A stretch of 61,733 nucleotides of DNA from Acidobacteriota bacterium (GCA_021812805.1 JAKAMQ010000001.1:1-61733); one strand, 5' to 3'; shown: positions 1-10,582, counted from the first letter of the stretch. Notes: generated by a model not told the origin, from the sequence alone. Program-made: numbers and translations.

Positions 1-44
1 ATGAACAGTCCGGTCGTTTTCAGAATCAAGATCAGAAGCTCCAC
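1..44 (-). CDS. Possible N-terminus of a YnfA-family small membrane protein (runs off the window)
   Basis: Minus-strand frame reads VELLILILKTTGLF, resembling the YnfA start (MIKTTLLF). Only 14 codons are visible. Confidence 0.25.
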   Translation of the reverse strand, partial: MELLILILKTTGLF

Positions 45-168
45 GGTCGGTAAACCTTACGAAGACAGTGCCAGTGGTGTCCACTCGAAGACGCGCAGCG
101 GCCGGAACCCGTCAAGGCTGGTTCCTGGCGCCCGGGCTCTTGGGGGCGCCCGCATCCGCGGGAACCGC

Positions 169-963
169 CTAGAAAATCCGGATCAGATTGAAGCCCAAGG
201 ACCAGTAGTTGGAGGAACGGGGCCCGTAGCCTTCGTAGTCCCCGCCCAGCACCTGGTGAGCCGTCGTTCCAGGAATGGTGGTGGCGATGATCGTGAAGCG
301 GTGCCCTTGTGTCCGGTACTGATAGGCCAGGGACCATCCTTGCTCGAAGCCGTTGTACACCTTCGAGGGTCTAGGGTAGTACTCCGCCAGGATCCCTTGG
401 TGCTCCGCCACCATCCACCGTGCGCCGATCCCCGTCGTCACGACATGCTGGGCCGTGGCCGTGCGGGATAGGTAGGTGGGCACTGCGGAGAGGGTCAGAG
501 CGTCGAACAGTCGCCAATCCACCGGGACCTGGAAAACGCCGCCCTGAGGTCCCCCTTGGTAGGTCTCGTCATAGCGCTCGGCCCGTACCGCCACGCGCCA
601 TCGATCATTCGCGACGACTTGCTCTTGAAGGGCGAGCGTGACCGTTTTGTCGTCGGCCGTGCGATAGATCTCCGCGTTGAGGCCAGGGATCGCCTTGATG
701 CCGAAGTCGAATCCGATCCCCACAGTGGCGTGTTCGTCCAGACCGTAGAAATCCTTGCTGGCGCCCCTCACGGGCTCCAGGAAGCGGTGGTTGACCACCA
801 AGCCGATGTCCCAGTCAGCCAAGTGCTCCGCCGTTGGGAGATTGATGGCGAGCGGAACCTCAGAAGGCTCCTGAGCGGCCATTGGAAGGCTCAGCCAGAC
901 AACGGCCAGCAAGCCACACCACTTGATGCACGCAGAACTAGAACTGCGGGTGCAAGGGATCAT
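169..963 (-). CDS. Outer-membrane beta-barrel protein, DUF5777-like
   Basis: ATG at 963 with GGAGG RBS. Signal peptide, NHRF / FYGLD / T.GHRF motifs and C-terminal LGFNLIRIF barrel signature. Confidence 0.7.
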   Translation of the reverse strand: MIPCTRSSSSACIKWCGLLAVVWLSLPMAAQEPSEVPLAINLPTAEHLADWDIGLVVNHRFLEPVRGASKDFYGLDEHATVGIGFDFGIKAIPGLNAEIYRTADDKTVTLALQEQVVANDRWRVAVRAERYDETYQGGPQGGVFQVPVDWRLFDALTLSAVPTYLSRTATAQHVVTTGIGARWMVAEHQGILAEYYPRPSKVYNGFEQGWSLAYQYRTQGHRFTIIATTIPGTTAHQVLGGDYEGYGPRSSNYWSLGFNLIRIF

Positions 964-1097
964 GGAACCTCCAGATAGAGGCATGGAACAGGGTGGAATG
1001 CCCAATCATCTTAGGCGCTGCCTAGTGGTGTCGCCCCACCGGTTTGGAAATGGTTGCCCATCCGCCTCGTATCGAAACAGCCGGACGCCGCGCTTTC

Positions 1098-3254
1098 TCA
1101 GTCACGCAAGAGCCTCAGTCCGTTGAAGATCACCAGTAGGGACGCGCCCATGTCGGCTGCGATAGCGGCCCACAAGGAGGCGTGGCCCATCAAGGTGAGC
1201 ACAACGAAGACCGCTTTCACGGAGAGGGCGAAGGCGATGTTCTGGCGGATGATCCGCATGGCGCGGCGGGAGTGCTGGATGAGCCAGGGGAGGCGGGAGA
1301 GATCGTCCGTCATGAGCGCAATATCGGCGGTCTCGATGGCGGCGTCGCTGCCCATGGCCCCCATGGCGATGCCGAGGGAGGCGCGGGCCATGGCGGGCGC
1401 ATCGTTGACACCGTCTCCCACCATCGCGACTTGGCCGTGGGCTGCCACCAGCTCATCTATGGCCTTCACCTTGTCCTCAGGGAGGAGTTCGGCCCGGAGA
1501 TCCTTCACGCCCGCTTGCCGGGCCACGGCTTGGGCAGTCCCCAGGTTGTCGCCGGTCAGCATCACGAGCTTGCCTATCCCGGCCTGGTACAGGCCCTGGA
1601 CCACGCCCGGCGTTTCGGGACGCATCGCATCCGCGAGGGCGATGAAGCCGAACAACTCCCGGTCGCTGCCCAAGGCCACGACGCTCCGGCCTTCTTGGCT
1701 GAGCGATTCGAGCTGGGCGTGGACTTCCGGTGTCTCCAACCCCTTCTCTTCGAGGAATAGATGAGAGCCTAGCCAGACCCTCTGGCCATCTACCGTGGCT
1801 TCGGCGCCCTTGCCCTGAACGATCCGGAAGTCCTGCGCAGCCGTGAACGCAACTCCCTGGCCTTGGACATGGGCCAGGATCGCGCGGGCCAGCGGGTGAT
1901 CGCTTTGCGATTCCAAGGCGCCTGCCACACGCAACAGTTCCCGATCGGAGCGCGAGTTCAGCGGCACCACCTGGACGACGCTTGGGCGTCCTTCCGTCAG
2001 CGTGCCGGTCTTATCGAATGCCAAAGCCTTTAGGCGGGCAGGAAGCTCCAGGTACATGCCTCCCTTCACGAGCACGCCGTTATGGGCCGCCCCTGCCAGG
2101 CCCGCGACGACGCTCACGGGCGTGGAGATCACGAGGGCGCAGGGGCACGCGATGACGAGCAGGACGAGGGCCCGGTAGAACCAGGCGTCCCAGGCGCCGC
2201 CGAAGGCGAGTGGCGGGAGCAGGGCGACGGCCACCGCCAGCGCCATCACCACCGGCGTGTAGACGCGGGCGAACCGGTCCACCCACTGCTCCGAGGCGGC
2301 GCGCTTGCTCTGGGCCTCGCCGATCATCCGGATGATGCGGGCCAGCACCGTGTCCGAGGCGGGCTTGGTGCATTCGAGGGTGAGGGCGCCGTCCCCGTTG
2401 ATGCTGCCGGCGAAGATCTCGTCCCCGGCCTCCTTGGGCACCGGCATGCTCTCGCCCGTGATGGGAGCCTGGTTCATGGAACTCGCGCCCTGGAGGATCC
2501 TGCCGTCGAGGGGCACCCGCTCCCCCGGCTTGACCACGAACAAGGCGCCAAGGGGGACCGCTTCGGGGGCGACCTCCTTGGACCCGGTTCCCTCCACCAT
2601 GTGGACGGTGGGGGGCGTGAGGTCCATCAGGGCCTCCACCGCGCGGCGGGCGCGGCCCAGGCTCCAGGATTCCAAGACGAAGGACACCGCGAAGAGGAAC
2701 GACACCGTGGCAGCCTCGAACCACTCCCCGATGGAGATGGCGCCCAGCACGGCGACGAGCATGAGGAGATTCATGTCGGGGCGCAGGCGCCGGGCGGCGA
2801 GCCAGGCCTTGGGGGCGATGAACCAGGAGGCGGCCACGATGCTGGCCAGGTAGAGCCCCTGTGAGACCCAGGGCACGGCCCGCGCCGTCCCCATACCCTC
2901 GGACCCCAAGGCCGCCACCAGCCCGCCCGCGCGGAAGGCATGAAGGCCGAAGGCGATCAGGGCGAACGCGCCGCTGGCCACCATGAGGCGGAACTGGAGC
3001 CGCTGGCGGCCGGATTTCCCGGCAGGCGCGCCCCGCTCCATCCAGGGCTCGGCCTGCATGCCGGTGCGGGCCACGGCCTGGAGGATTGCGTCGGAAGGGG
3101 GCGGAGCCCCCTCCGCGACGGTCATCTTGCTGTTCATGAGATCGAAGAGCAGGCGCTCCTCACCACCCACCAGGGGCCCGATCTCGGCTTTCAGGGTGGT
3201 GATCTCCTCGGCGCAGTCCATGCCGTGGATCTTGAAGATCCGCTTGGGATTCAT
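1098..3254 (-). CDS. cadA: Heavy-metal P1B-2 type ATPase (Zn/Cd/Pb, CadA/ZntA-like)
   Basis: HMA-like GMDCAEE, TGES, CPC, DKTGT, HP and GDGVNDAP motifs, with TM7 Lys and TM8 ADMG. Confidence 0.9.
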   Translation of the reverse strand: MNPKRIFKIHGMDCAEEITTLKAEIGPLVGGEERLLFDLMNSKMTVAEGAPPPSDAILQAVARTGMQAEPWMERGAPAGKSGRQRLQFRLMVASGAFALIAFGLHAFRAGGLVAALGSEGMGTARAVPWVSQGLYLASIVAASWFIAPKAWLAARRLRPDMNLLMLVAVLGAISIGEWFEAATVSFLFAVSFVLESWSLGRARRAVEALMDLTPPTVHMVEGTGSKEVAPEAVPLGALFVVKPGERVPLDGRILQGASSMNQAPITGESMPVPKEAGDEIFAGSINGDGALTLECTKPASDTVLARIIRMIGEAQSKRAASEQWVDRFARVYTPVVMALAVAVALLPPLAFGGAWDAWFYRALVLLVIACPCALVISTPVSVVAGLAGAAHNGVLVKGGMYLELPARLKALAFDKTGTLTEGRPSVVQVVPLNSRSDRELLRVAGALESQSDHPLARAILAHVQGQGVAFTAAQDFRIVQGKGAEATVDGQRVWLGSHLFLEEKGLETPEVHAQLESLSQEGRSVVALGSDRELFGFIALADAMRPETPGVVQGLYQAGIGKLVMLTGDNLGTAQAVARQAGVKDLRAELLPEDKVKAIDELVAAHGQVAMVGDGVNDAPAMARASLGIAMGAMGSDAAIETADIALMTDDLSRLPWLIQHSRRAMRIIRQNIAFALSVKAVFVVLTLMGHASLWAAIAADMGASLLVIFNGLRLLRD

Positions 3255-4012
3255 GGCTTCTCCTTCAGGTCGAAAACGCGGCGGGAATCGGAGCGTTCCG
3301 CGCCATCCGATTCCGAGCTGCTCTCCTCGATCTCCCGGTGGGCGGCGACCAGGCGCCCCTGCATGACGGCATATCGGGTTTCCGTGTCCGTCTTCGATTG
3401 GAAGGACCCGAGGAAGCGGCCCACCTTCCCTCCGTACTCCGCGACCTCGCTGCTGGCCAGCGGGGTGCCGTCCGCCGCGATCCAGACCTTCAAGGATCCG
3501 GATCGTCGGGATAGACGGCCCGCTTTGTTCTCCGGAATCCTCGGGTCGAATTCAAAGAGGACGAGCCGGGCAGGTTTACCCTCCCAGGCATCGGCCCGCT
3601 CCGAATCGAAGCGGGCTTGATCCATCAGGCGACGGAGCACGGTGGCCTGATCGAGCAGGTGGTGGATCCGCCCAGGGTCCAGCTCTTTCGTCTGATCGCG
3701 GATGGCGGTGGTCAGGATCTCTCCGCGCGCGGCGCGCTCCTCTTCCAGCGTCAAGTCGGCTACCACCACCCTCGGCCAGGTGATGCGCAGGGATTCCTCA
3801 TCCTCCTGGAACTGGGCTTTCACTTCGCTTTGGCGGACGGAGGACCGCTTGCCCAGGGTTTGGCGAGTCCAAAGCTGGAAGTCGATCCCGGCCTGGACGG
3901 ACCCATTGCCATTGAGGTGGCCGAGAGCCGCGGCGAGGTCGCCCCGGCCATCCGCCCAGAGTCCGGCTCCCATGGAAAACGCGACGAGCAGAGTGCATCG
4001 AATTCGCATCAC
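3251..4012 (-). CDS. Secreted hypothetical protein, possibly LolA/LppX-like beta fold
   Basis: Signal peptide, 4-bp overlaps with both neighbours, beta-rich C-terminal half. Confidence 0.7.
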   Translation of the reverse strand: MMRIRCTLLVAFSMGAGLWADGRGDLAAALGHLNGNGSVQAGIDFQLWTRQTLGKRSSVRQSEVKAQFQEDEESLRITWPRVVVADLTLEEERAARGEILTTAIRDQTKELDPGRIHHLLDQATVLRRLMDQARFDSERADAWEGKPARLVLFEFDPRIPENKAGRLSRRSGSLKVWIAADGTPLASSEVAEYGGKVGRFLGSFQSKTDTETRYAVMQGRLVAAHREIEESSSESDGAERSDSRRVFDLKEKP

Positions 4013-7000
4013 ATCTCCCTTTCAGCAGCAGGGCGGGCCACCCAAGCGTAGAAGCTCGGGAGGACCAGCAGGGTGAACAAGGTGCTCGTGACGAGGCCGC
4101 CCACCATCACGATGGCGAGGGGGCGTTCCAGCTCGCTGCCGCCGATGCCGAAGAGCATCGGCATCAGGCCGAGGATCGCGGACCCGGCCGTCATGAGCTT
4201 GGGCCGCACGCGGCCCAGCGAGGCCTCGCGGACCGCCTGCCCGAAGGGCGCGCCCCCATCCAGCAAGTCCTTCGTCTGGGTGATGAGCACCAGGCTGTTC
4301 TGGACCGCCACGCCGAAGAGGCCGATGAGGCCCACGATGGAACTGATGTTCCAGGTCTCATCCGCCAGCCACAGGGCGAAGAGCCCTCCAGCGAAGGCGC
4401 TTGGCAGGGTCGTCACCACCACCATCACCTCGCGCCAGCGGCCGAGGGCCAGGTACAGGAGCACGGCCACCAGCGTGAGCGCCGCGGCGATGGCGACGCC
4501 CAACCGTTTCTGCGTTTCCCGGGCCTGCTCGATCTGGCCGCCGATCTTGACGACGGTGCCCTTGGGAAGCTGGATCTGGGCCATGGCCGCTTCAACGCGG
4601 TTCGCCGTGCCCCCCAGATCCCCGGTGGTCCGGATGTTCAAGGCGAGCCGCCGCTGGGCGGATTCCCGCCGGATGAGGCTCGGCGTGGAGGTCTCCTCGA
4701 AGCGCGTCACCTGCCCGAGTTCCACGATCCGGCCTCCTTCCAGCACGATCGGCAACCGCTTGAGGGTCTCGGGGCTCACACGGCCATCATTCGGGAAGCG
4801 CACGATCCGCTCGATCCGTTGAGGGCCGTCGAAGCGCGCTTCGGTGGGGAGGCCCTGAAGGGCCGCAGCCAGCGTCTCCGCGACCAGGGGCCGGGGGACA
4901 TCCAAGCGGCGGAGGGCATCGTCATCGGGGACGATCCGCCAGCTTGGCATGGGCCCCCCGCTGTCTGGGCTCACGGATGCTACGCCTTCGATCTTGCTGA
5001 GGCGCTCCTGGATCTCAGGTAGCTGAGCCTGGAGAGCATCCAGGGCCGGGTTGAAGAGCTTCACTTGGAGATCCGCGGGCGTGCCCCCGAGGCCCTCCGA
5101 GATTCGCATCTGCATCGGGGTCGTCACCTCGACTGGATAGGGAAGGTCTTCCACGGCCTTGGTGACTTCCGCCTCCACGGCTCTGCTGTCAAGGGTGCCG
5201 TCCAGCACTACGAGCACATCGCTGGCGGTATGAGGCATGGGGTCCTCGGTCAGTTCGGCACGGCCGGTGCGGCGATACACAGAGGCCACGCCCGGCAGTT
5301 TCTTCAACCGGGCCTCCATCTGGAGGTTGGCCTCGTCCACCGCCTCCAAACTCGTCTCCGCGGGCAACCGTGAGCTGAGCATCAACGCGCCCTCGTCAAG
5401 CTTGGGCAGGAAATTGCTACCCAGGCTGAGGGCCATCCAGATGCTGGGCAGCGTGACCGCGATGGCAAGGGCCAGGACCCGTCCGCCATGGCGCATGGCC
5501 CAGTCCAATTTCGGCGCGTAGAAGGCCTTGATCGCCTGGACGAAACGCGGTTCCTCCAAGGCGAGACCAGGCGGGAGGAAACGCTCCACCAGGGCCGGAA
5601 CCAGCGTGAAGCTCAGGACGAGGCTGAGGGTCATGGCGGAGGCCACGGCCACGGCGAGCGGGGCGTACAGGCGTCCGGCGACGCCTCCGATGGCGAGCAG
5701 CGGAATGAAGACCGCGAGGATCACGAGGACGGCCGTGAGGATCGGCACGCCGACCTCCGCCGCCGCGCGGGTCAGGGCTACGCGTCTAGGCTCAATGTGG
5801 TCCCGGTGCTGGTGCAGCCGGTGGGCCAGGTTCTCGACCATGATGACGGCGGCGTCCACGAGCAGGCCCACGGAGATGGCGAGGCCGCCGAGAGTCATGG
5901 CGTTCAGGCCGAGCCCGGCGGCCTTGAGCGGGATCGCGGCGCCAAAGGTGGCGAGGGGTAGCACCACGATGACGAGCAGGGCTCCGCGCAGGCTCCCCAG
6001 CAGCAGTATGAGCACCAGCGCCACGAAGAATCCGCCGAGCAGAAGGGCCACCGTCACGCCGCGCAGGGCGTGGGTGACGAGGTTGCCCTGGTCGTACATG
6101 AGTGTCAGTTCCGTGCCCGAGGGCAAGCCTTTGCGCAGTTCGTCCAGTGCCAGCCGCACCCCCTGCGTGGTGGCGAGCGTGTCGGCCGTGGGCTGCTTGA
6201 CCACACGGAGGCTCACATCCTCGTGCCCCTGGTGCCGGGCGAGGCCGCGCCGGAATCCAGGGCCTTCCCGCACATCGGCGATGTCTCCCATTTGGATCGT
6301 GCCGCGGGGGGTCTGGAGCGGGAGGCGCCGGACGGCCTCAGGCGAGGCGGCCTGCGTGCCCGCCGACATGAACCAGCCCTTATCCCGGATCTCCATGATC
6401 CCGGCCGCGGTGTCGAGGGCGCTCCCCTTCATGGCCTGCGCCACTTGGTCGAGGCTCACGCCCTGGAGGCGCATCTGGTCCGGATTGATGGTCACTTGGA
6501 GCTGGCGTTCCTCGCCGCCCAGGCGCTCCACCCGCGCCACGCCAGGGACCGCTTGGAGGCGTGGCACGAGCACCTTCTCCGTGTAGTCCCGGAGTTTCAT
6601 CGGGTCCACGGACGGTCCTTCCAGGACGATCTCCTGGATCTCCTGGAGACGGCCCGAGGCGCTGGAGACGAGGGGCGGCTGGGTTCCCGCGGGGAAGCTG
6701 CCGATGACGCTGGAGAGCCGCTCCGCCACGAGCTGGCGGGCGCGCCAGGGGTCCGTGTCGCCTTCAAAGGCGATGACCACCTGCACCACTTCCGGCTGCA
6801 CGGTGGAGATGACGCGCTTCACGCCGGGCAGCCCGCCCACGGCCTGCTCCACCGGCTGGGCCACGGTGAGTTCCAACTCCGACGCGGAGCGGCCCGGGCT
6901 CTGGATGAGCAAGGACAGGCTGGGCAGCGCCAGGTCCGGGAAGAGATCCCGCTTAAGGCTGAGGAAGGTGGCGAGGCTTGCGACGCCCCACAGGATCGCC

Positions 7001-7152
7001 AGCCCGAAGACCCATCCTTTGCGCGGAAGAAGCCAGTCGAACCAGCGGCGGATGGGCGAGCGATGCTGCGGCGTGTAGACGGCGTAGGGATCGTGCTGCA
7101 TCGCCGGGTCGAGCGGGACTTCAGGCTCGTTCGGGAGATTCGGCTCAGTCAT
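4009..7152 (-). CDS. CusA/CzcA-family heavy-metal efflux RND permease
   Basis: About 1046 aa from MTEPN. GLLVDAAVIMVEN, RVRPKLMT and PLAIVMVGGL motifs. Confidence 0.92.
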   Translation of the reverse strand: MTEPNLPNEPEVPLDPAMQHDPYAVYTPQHRSPIRRWFDWLLPRKGWVFGLAILWGVASLATFLSLKRDLFPDLALPSLSLLIQSPGRSASELELTVAQPVEQAVGGLPGVKRVISTVQPEVVQVVIAFEGDTDPWRARQLVAERLSSVIGSFPAGTQPPLVSSASGRLQEIQEIVLEGPSVDPMKLRDYTEKVLVPRLQAVPGVARVERLGGEERQLQVTINPDQMRLQGVSLDQVAQAMKGSALDTAAGIMEIRDKGWFMSAGTQAASPEAVRRLPLQTPRGTIQMGDIADVREGPGFRRGLARHQGHEDVSLRVVKQPTADTLATTQGVRLALDELRKGLPSGTELTLMYDQGNLVTHALRGVTVALLLGGFFVALVLILLLGSLRGALLVIVVLPLATFGAAIPLKAAGLGLNAMTLGGLAISVGLLVDAAVIMVENLAHRLHQHRDHIEPRRVALTRAAAEVGVPILTAVLVILAVFIPLLAIGGVAGRLYAPLAVAVASAMTLSLVLSFTLVPALVERFLPPGLALEEPRFVQAIKAFYAPKLDWAMRHGGRVLALAIAVTLPSIWMALSLGSNFLPKLDEGALMLSSRLPAETSLEAVDEANLQMEARLKKLPGVASVYRRTGRAELTEDPMPHTASDVLVVLDGTLDSRAVEAEVTKAVEDLPYPVEVTTPMQMRISEGLGGTPADLQVKLFNPALDALQAQLPEIQERLSKIEGVASVSPDSGGPMPSWRIVPDDDALRRLDVPRPLVAETLAAALQGLPTEARFDGPQRIERIVRFPNDGRVSPETLKRLPIVLEGGRIVELGQVTRFEETSTPSLIRRESAQRRLALNIRTTGDLGGTANRVEAAMAQIQLPKGTVVKIGGQIEQARETQKRLGVAIAAALTLVAVLLYLALGRWREVMVVVTTLPSAFAGGLFALWLADETWNISSIVGLIGLFGVAVQNSLVLITQTKDLLDGGAPFGQAVREASLGRVRPKLMTAGSAILGLMPMLFGIGGSELERPLAIVMVGGLVTSTLFTLLVLPSFYAWVARPAAEREM

Positions 7153-8275
7153 TGTCCGCTCCCCCGCTCTTGCGCTTGATCTGAAGCGACTTGAGGAGGT
7201 AGGCGCCTTCGCCCACCACCGTCTCGCCAGGCTTGAGGCCATCCAGCACCATCACCTCGCTGCCCAATTCGGAGCCGCGCCGGACCGGACGGAACACGGC
7301 CTCCTCTCCGTCCTTCACGAACACACCCCAGACGCCATCCACTTGTTGCAAGGCGTCCTGAGGCAGGACCACGGCTGTGGCAAGCGGAACGCGAACCTCC
7401 ACCGGCGTGCCAGGGATGGGTAGCGGACCTCCCATCAGGCGCAGGCGGTAGCTCAGGCGGCGCGTGTCGGAGGTGAGCGTGGCCGGGGTGCCTTCCAGCC
7501 GGGCCTTCCATGCGTGGCCATCTGATCCACGGATGTCCGCCACTGCACCTGGCTTCCAGGCTTCGGGACCCGGGAGAGGTAGTTCCAGCCGAACGATGGC
7601 GGCGGAGGCGGCCTGGAAACTTCCGAGTTCTTGTCCGGCTTCAACTCCTTGGCCGAGCTGGATCTTGTAGGAGGTGACGGAGCCCGCCCGTGGCGCCTTC
7701 ACGGTCAAAGCGGCGCCTGCGATCTCGGGTGCCACACCCCGCGCCTCCAAGGCGAGCCGAGCGGCCTCTTCATCCGCGGTCGCCGTGGTGGCGTCTGTGC
7801 GCGCCACTTCCAGCTCGCGCCGGGATCCCGCCTGGGCGTCGAAGAGCCGCTGCTCGCGGGCGAGTTCGGCTTCGGTGGACGCGCGCCTGGCCTCGGCCGA
7901 GAGCCAGTCGGCTTTGAGCCTTGCCAGTTCCGGGCTCTGGATCACCAGGAGCCGCGCGCCTGCACCGACTCGGCTGCCGGGCGCCACCGCGATGGCGGAG
8001 ACGATGCCTTTCACCGGCGTGGTGAGCAGCGCTTGCGCGGATTCATCCCCGATGGCTTCCGCCGGATACCAGGAACCTTCGATCCGGGCTTCGGGAACCT
8101 GGATGAAGTGGAGCCCCCGCACACCCTCCAGAGGAAGGCGGTTGCCCGCGTCAGGGGCGTGTGCGCGCGCTTCGTGAGTGGCAACCTGCTCGGATGGCGG
8201 CGCTGTTTTGCGCCCGCAGGCCACGGTGGCCACGAGGGCGAGGCTTAAAAAAGAAAACTGGATCTTGCGGTTCAC
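7145..8275 (-). CDS. RND efflux periplasmic adaptor (MFP) lipoprotein
   Basis: GTG start overlapping the TolC stop, lipobox-like VACG, coiled-coil hairpin, C-terminal GLKPGETVVGEGA. Confidence 0.88.
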   Translation of the reverse strand: MNRKIQFSFLSLALVATVACGRKTAPPSEQVATHEARAHAPDAGNRLPLEGVRGLHFIQVPEARIEGSWYPAEAIGDESAQALLTTPVKGIVSAIAVAPGSRVGAGARLLVIQSPELARLKADWLSAEARRASTEAELAREQRLFDAQAGSRRELEVARTDATTATADEEAARLALEARGVAPEIAGAALTVKAPRAGSVTSYKIQLGQGVEAGQELGSFQAASAAIVRLELPLPGPEAWKPGAVADIRGSDGHAWKARLEGTPATLTSDTRRLSYRLRLMGGPLPIPGTPVEVRVPLATAVVLPQDALQQVDGVWGVFVKDGEEAVFRPVRRGSELGSEVMVLDGLKPGETVVGEGAYLLKSLQIKRKSGGADND

Positions 8276-9447
8276 GGATTCACCCCGTCGGTGAGGGCCT
8301 GGAGTTCGGCGGATAGCAGATGGGCGTTCTCGATGCGGCGGAGGGAGGAGAGCTTGGCCTCCAGGAGCTGGCGACGGATGGGGAGCGCTTCGGAAGGCCG
8401 CTCCTTTCCCTCGCTCAGGCGTAGGCCCACTGCCTGGAGCGCCGTGTCGAAATCGTTGAAGGCGTGGATGGGAGTCAGGCTCCGGGCACGCGCCAGGGCG
8501 GATTGGAAGCGGGCGTCCAGTTCCAGCAGCGCGATCTGGATCTCGCTGCGCGTCGACTGGACATTGGCCTCCGCCTCCTGCCGGATGGCTCGGCCTTCGC
8601 CGGGTCTCGCGAAGCGGTAGGCGACGCCGACCTTGGTGATGCGATCCTCGTTCTCTTTCCCGTAGCTGCCTCGGAGGCTCCACCGGCTGGTGGAGAGCGC
8701 CTCCTGTTGCCGGATCGCCTGGGTCTCCAGTTCCAGGCGGTCCTGGAGCGCTTGGCGGAGCGTACTCCGCTCGAAGCGCGGCTCAAGCCCCTCCAGCGCG
8801 GGCATCCGAGCTTCACCCGGATCGGCCAAGGGCATGGGCATTCCTGGGACATCCGCCAAGGTCCGGAGACTCGCCCAGGACAGCAGCCGCTGTTTCCGGG
8901 CTTCATCAAGGTCGAGCTGGGCGCGGAGGATCTCGCCTTCCACCAGGCTCGCCTGGAAGGCCGGGTCGGCCCCCGCCTCCAGACGCGCGCGCGCGGCCCT
9001 CAGCCAGGCCTGGACGGTATCGAGATCCGCTTCCCGGAGGGACAGTGTCCGCTCGGCAAGCCAGGCGTCGAGGTAGGCCTGCCGGAGTTGGAAGCGGGCA
9101 TCCACGCGCGCCGCTTCGCGTAGCACCGGATCGGATTTGCCGAGGGCGTCCTCCAGCCTGCGGCGGGTGCCGTTCGACAGGAAGAGCGGCAGGTCCAGCT
9201 CCACGGTCTGATCCGTGGTGGTGGGCGCCACAGGGTTCGTCCTCGGCCCTGCGGACACGCTGAGGGACGGGCCTTCCCGGAGGAATCCCGTGGTGCTGTT
9301 GAGGGCGCGCTGGTTGGCCGCCAGCAGCGCTTCGGTGCGGTATTGCTCCGGACTGGTGCGGGCTTTCGTAAGGATGTCGTCGTAGGTGAGCGGCGGCGCT
9401 TGCGCGAGCAGCAGGCCGGGCAATGCCCAGATGAAAAGGGTGCGCAT
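8272..9447 (-). CDS. TolC/CzcC-family outer-membrane efflux protein
   Basis: Signal peptide, helical OMF-like repeats, position upstream of MFP and RND. Confidence 0.85.
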   Translation of the reverse strand: MRTLFIWALPGLLLAQAPPLTYDDILTKARTSPEQYRTEALLAANQRALNSTTGFLREGPSLSVSAGPRTNPVAPTTTDQTVELDLPLFLSNGTRRRLEDALGKSDPVLREAARVDARFQLRQAYLDAWLAERTLSLREADLDTVQAWLRAARARLEAGADPAFQASLVEGEILRAQLDLDEARKQRLLSWASLRTLADVPGMPMPLADPGEARMPALEGLEPRFERSTLRQALQDRLELETQAIRQQEALSTSRWSLRGSYGKENEDRITKVGVAYRFARPGEGRAIRQEAEANVQSTRSEIQIALLELDARFQSALARARSLTPIHAFNDFDTALQAVGLRLSEGKERPSEALPIRRQLLEAKLSSLRRIENAHLLSAELQALTDGVNP

Positions 9448-9522
9448 CAGGACCTCGAAAAGGGATGGAGGGACGGCAAGGCCGAGCGAAGCTCTGCCTT
9501 GCGTTCATGAGCCACAGTCCTC

Positions 9523-9789
9523 TCAGGCTTTTGGAGGGTCCTTCTCCGGCGCGATGTCGAGCGTGATGAGGCTGACCAGCCGCTCGGCCGGGTGCATCGC
9601 GCGAGGGAGGGGATCAGGATCAGGTGGCACGGGCGCCACCGGGAGCGGTGCCGTGGCGCAACCATCCGCGCAAAGGATGTGGCAGACCTGGCCCTCTGGC
9701 CTCGGGCCGCTGTCGCAACGGTCCTTGCTCGCCGCCCCCAGATAGAAGGCGATGAGCAGCAGGAACAAGGCTGCGACCCAGCGCTTCAT
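9523..9789 (-). CDS. 88-aa exported Cys/Pro-rich peptide (CzcI/DUF2946-like)
   Basis: ATG overlaps the ArsR stop. Hydrophobic N-terminus, CHILCADGC, C-terminal PP (KDPPKA). Confidence 0.65.
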   Translation of the reverse strand: MKRWVAALFLLLIAFYLGAASKDRCDSGPRPEGQVCHILCADGCATAPLPVAPVPPDPDPLPRAMHPAERLVSLITLDIAPEKDPPKA

Positions 9790-10166
9790 CCCGCGTCCAC
9801 ATGGTGGCGGCTTTGAGTCTCCTCGCGGAGGCAGAGGCCGTGATGGAGGAGCTTGACCACGCAAGGGTCCACGATTCGGTAGTGGACATGGCTGCCGTGG
9901 CGGCGCGTGTCGAGGATGCCCAGGTCCACCAGCCGCCGGAGCTGGTTCGAGACGGCCTGCGGCTTCATGCCCACGGCCTCCGCGAGGTCGCTCATGCAGG
10001 GATCGCCCTTGAGGACGAGGGCGTGGAGGATCCGGAGGCGCGTGCCAGAGGCCAGCACCTCGAAGATCCGCGCGAGATCCTCCGCCTTCCCTTCGCTTAA
10101 AAGCGGACGAACCTCCAGCGCCGCTTTGGGCGCGCATGCAGGGAGTTTCATTGGAGGCTTGGGCAT
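9786..10166 (-). CDS. ArsR/SmtB-family metal-sensing repressor
   Basis: wHTH (RLRILHAL..., QAVSNQLRRL) with Cys/His-rich termini. Confidence 0.88.
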   Translation of the reverse strand: MPKPPMKLPACAPKAALEVRPLLSEGKAEDLARIFEVLASGTRLRILHALVLKGDPCMSDLAEAVGMKPQAVSNQLRRLVDLGILDTRRHGSHVHYRIVDPCVVKLLHHGLCLREETQSRHHVDAG

Positions 10167-10182
10167 CAGGTCACTACATCAA

Positions 10183-10530
10183 TCAGTGTAATGGTGGAGT
10201 CAATTCGAGCGAAAGGTCTTTGGGCGCCTTTTCAATCTCCCTCTGTTTCCACAGGTAGTAGACCGCCGGATAGACCAGCAGTTCCAGGATGAACGAGGTT
10301 GCGAGCCCGCCCACCATGGGCGCGGCGATGCGCTTCATGAGGTCCGCGCCCGTGCCTGAAGACCACATGATGGGCAGCAGGCCCAGGAAGGCCGCACAGA
10401 CGGTCATGGCCTTGGGCCGCACGCGTTTCACGGCGCCGTGGATGATGGCCTCGCGCAGGTCCGCCAGGGAGTTCAGGCGGCCTTCCCGTTTCGCCTGATC
10501 GTGGGCGAGATCGAGGAAGAGCAGCATGAA
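10183..10530 (-). pseudogene. cusA: C-terminal remnant of a CusA-type RND permease
   Basis: HGAVKRVRPKAMT and MKRIAAPMVGG motifs of the last TM helices only; the 5' part is absent. Confidence 0.85.
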
Positions 10531-10582
10531 CCTGACCTAATCACGCCGATTCGAAAAAGTTGCTAAGAAGCGCACCATTGTT

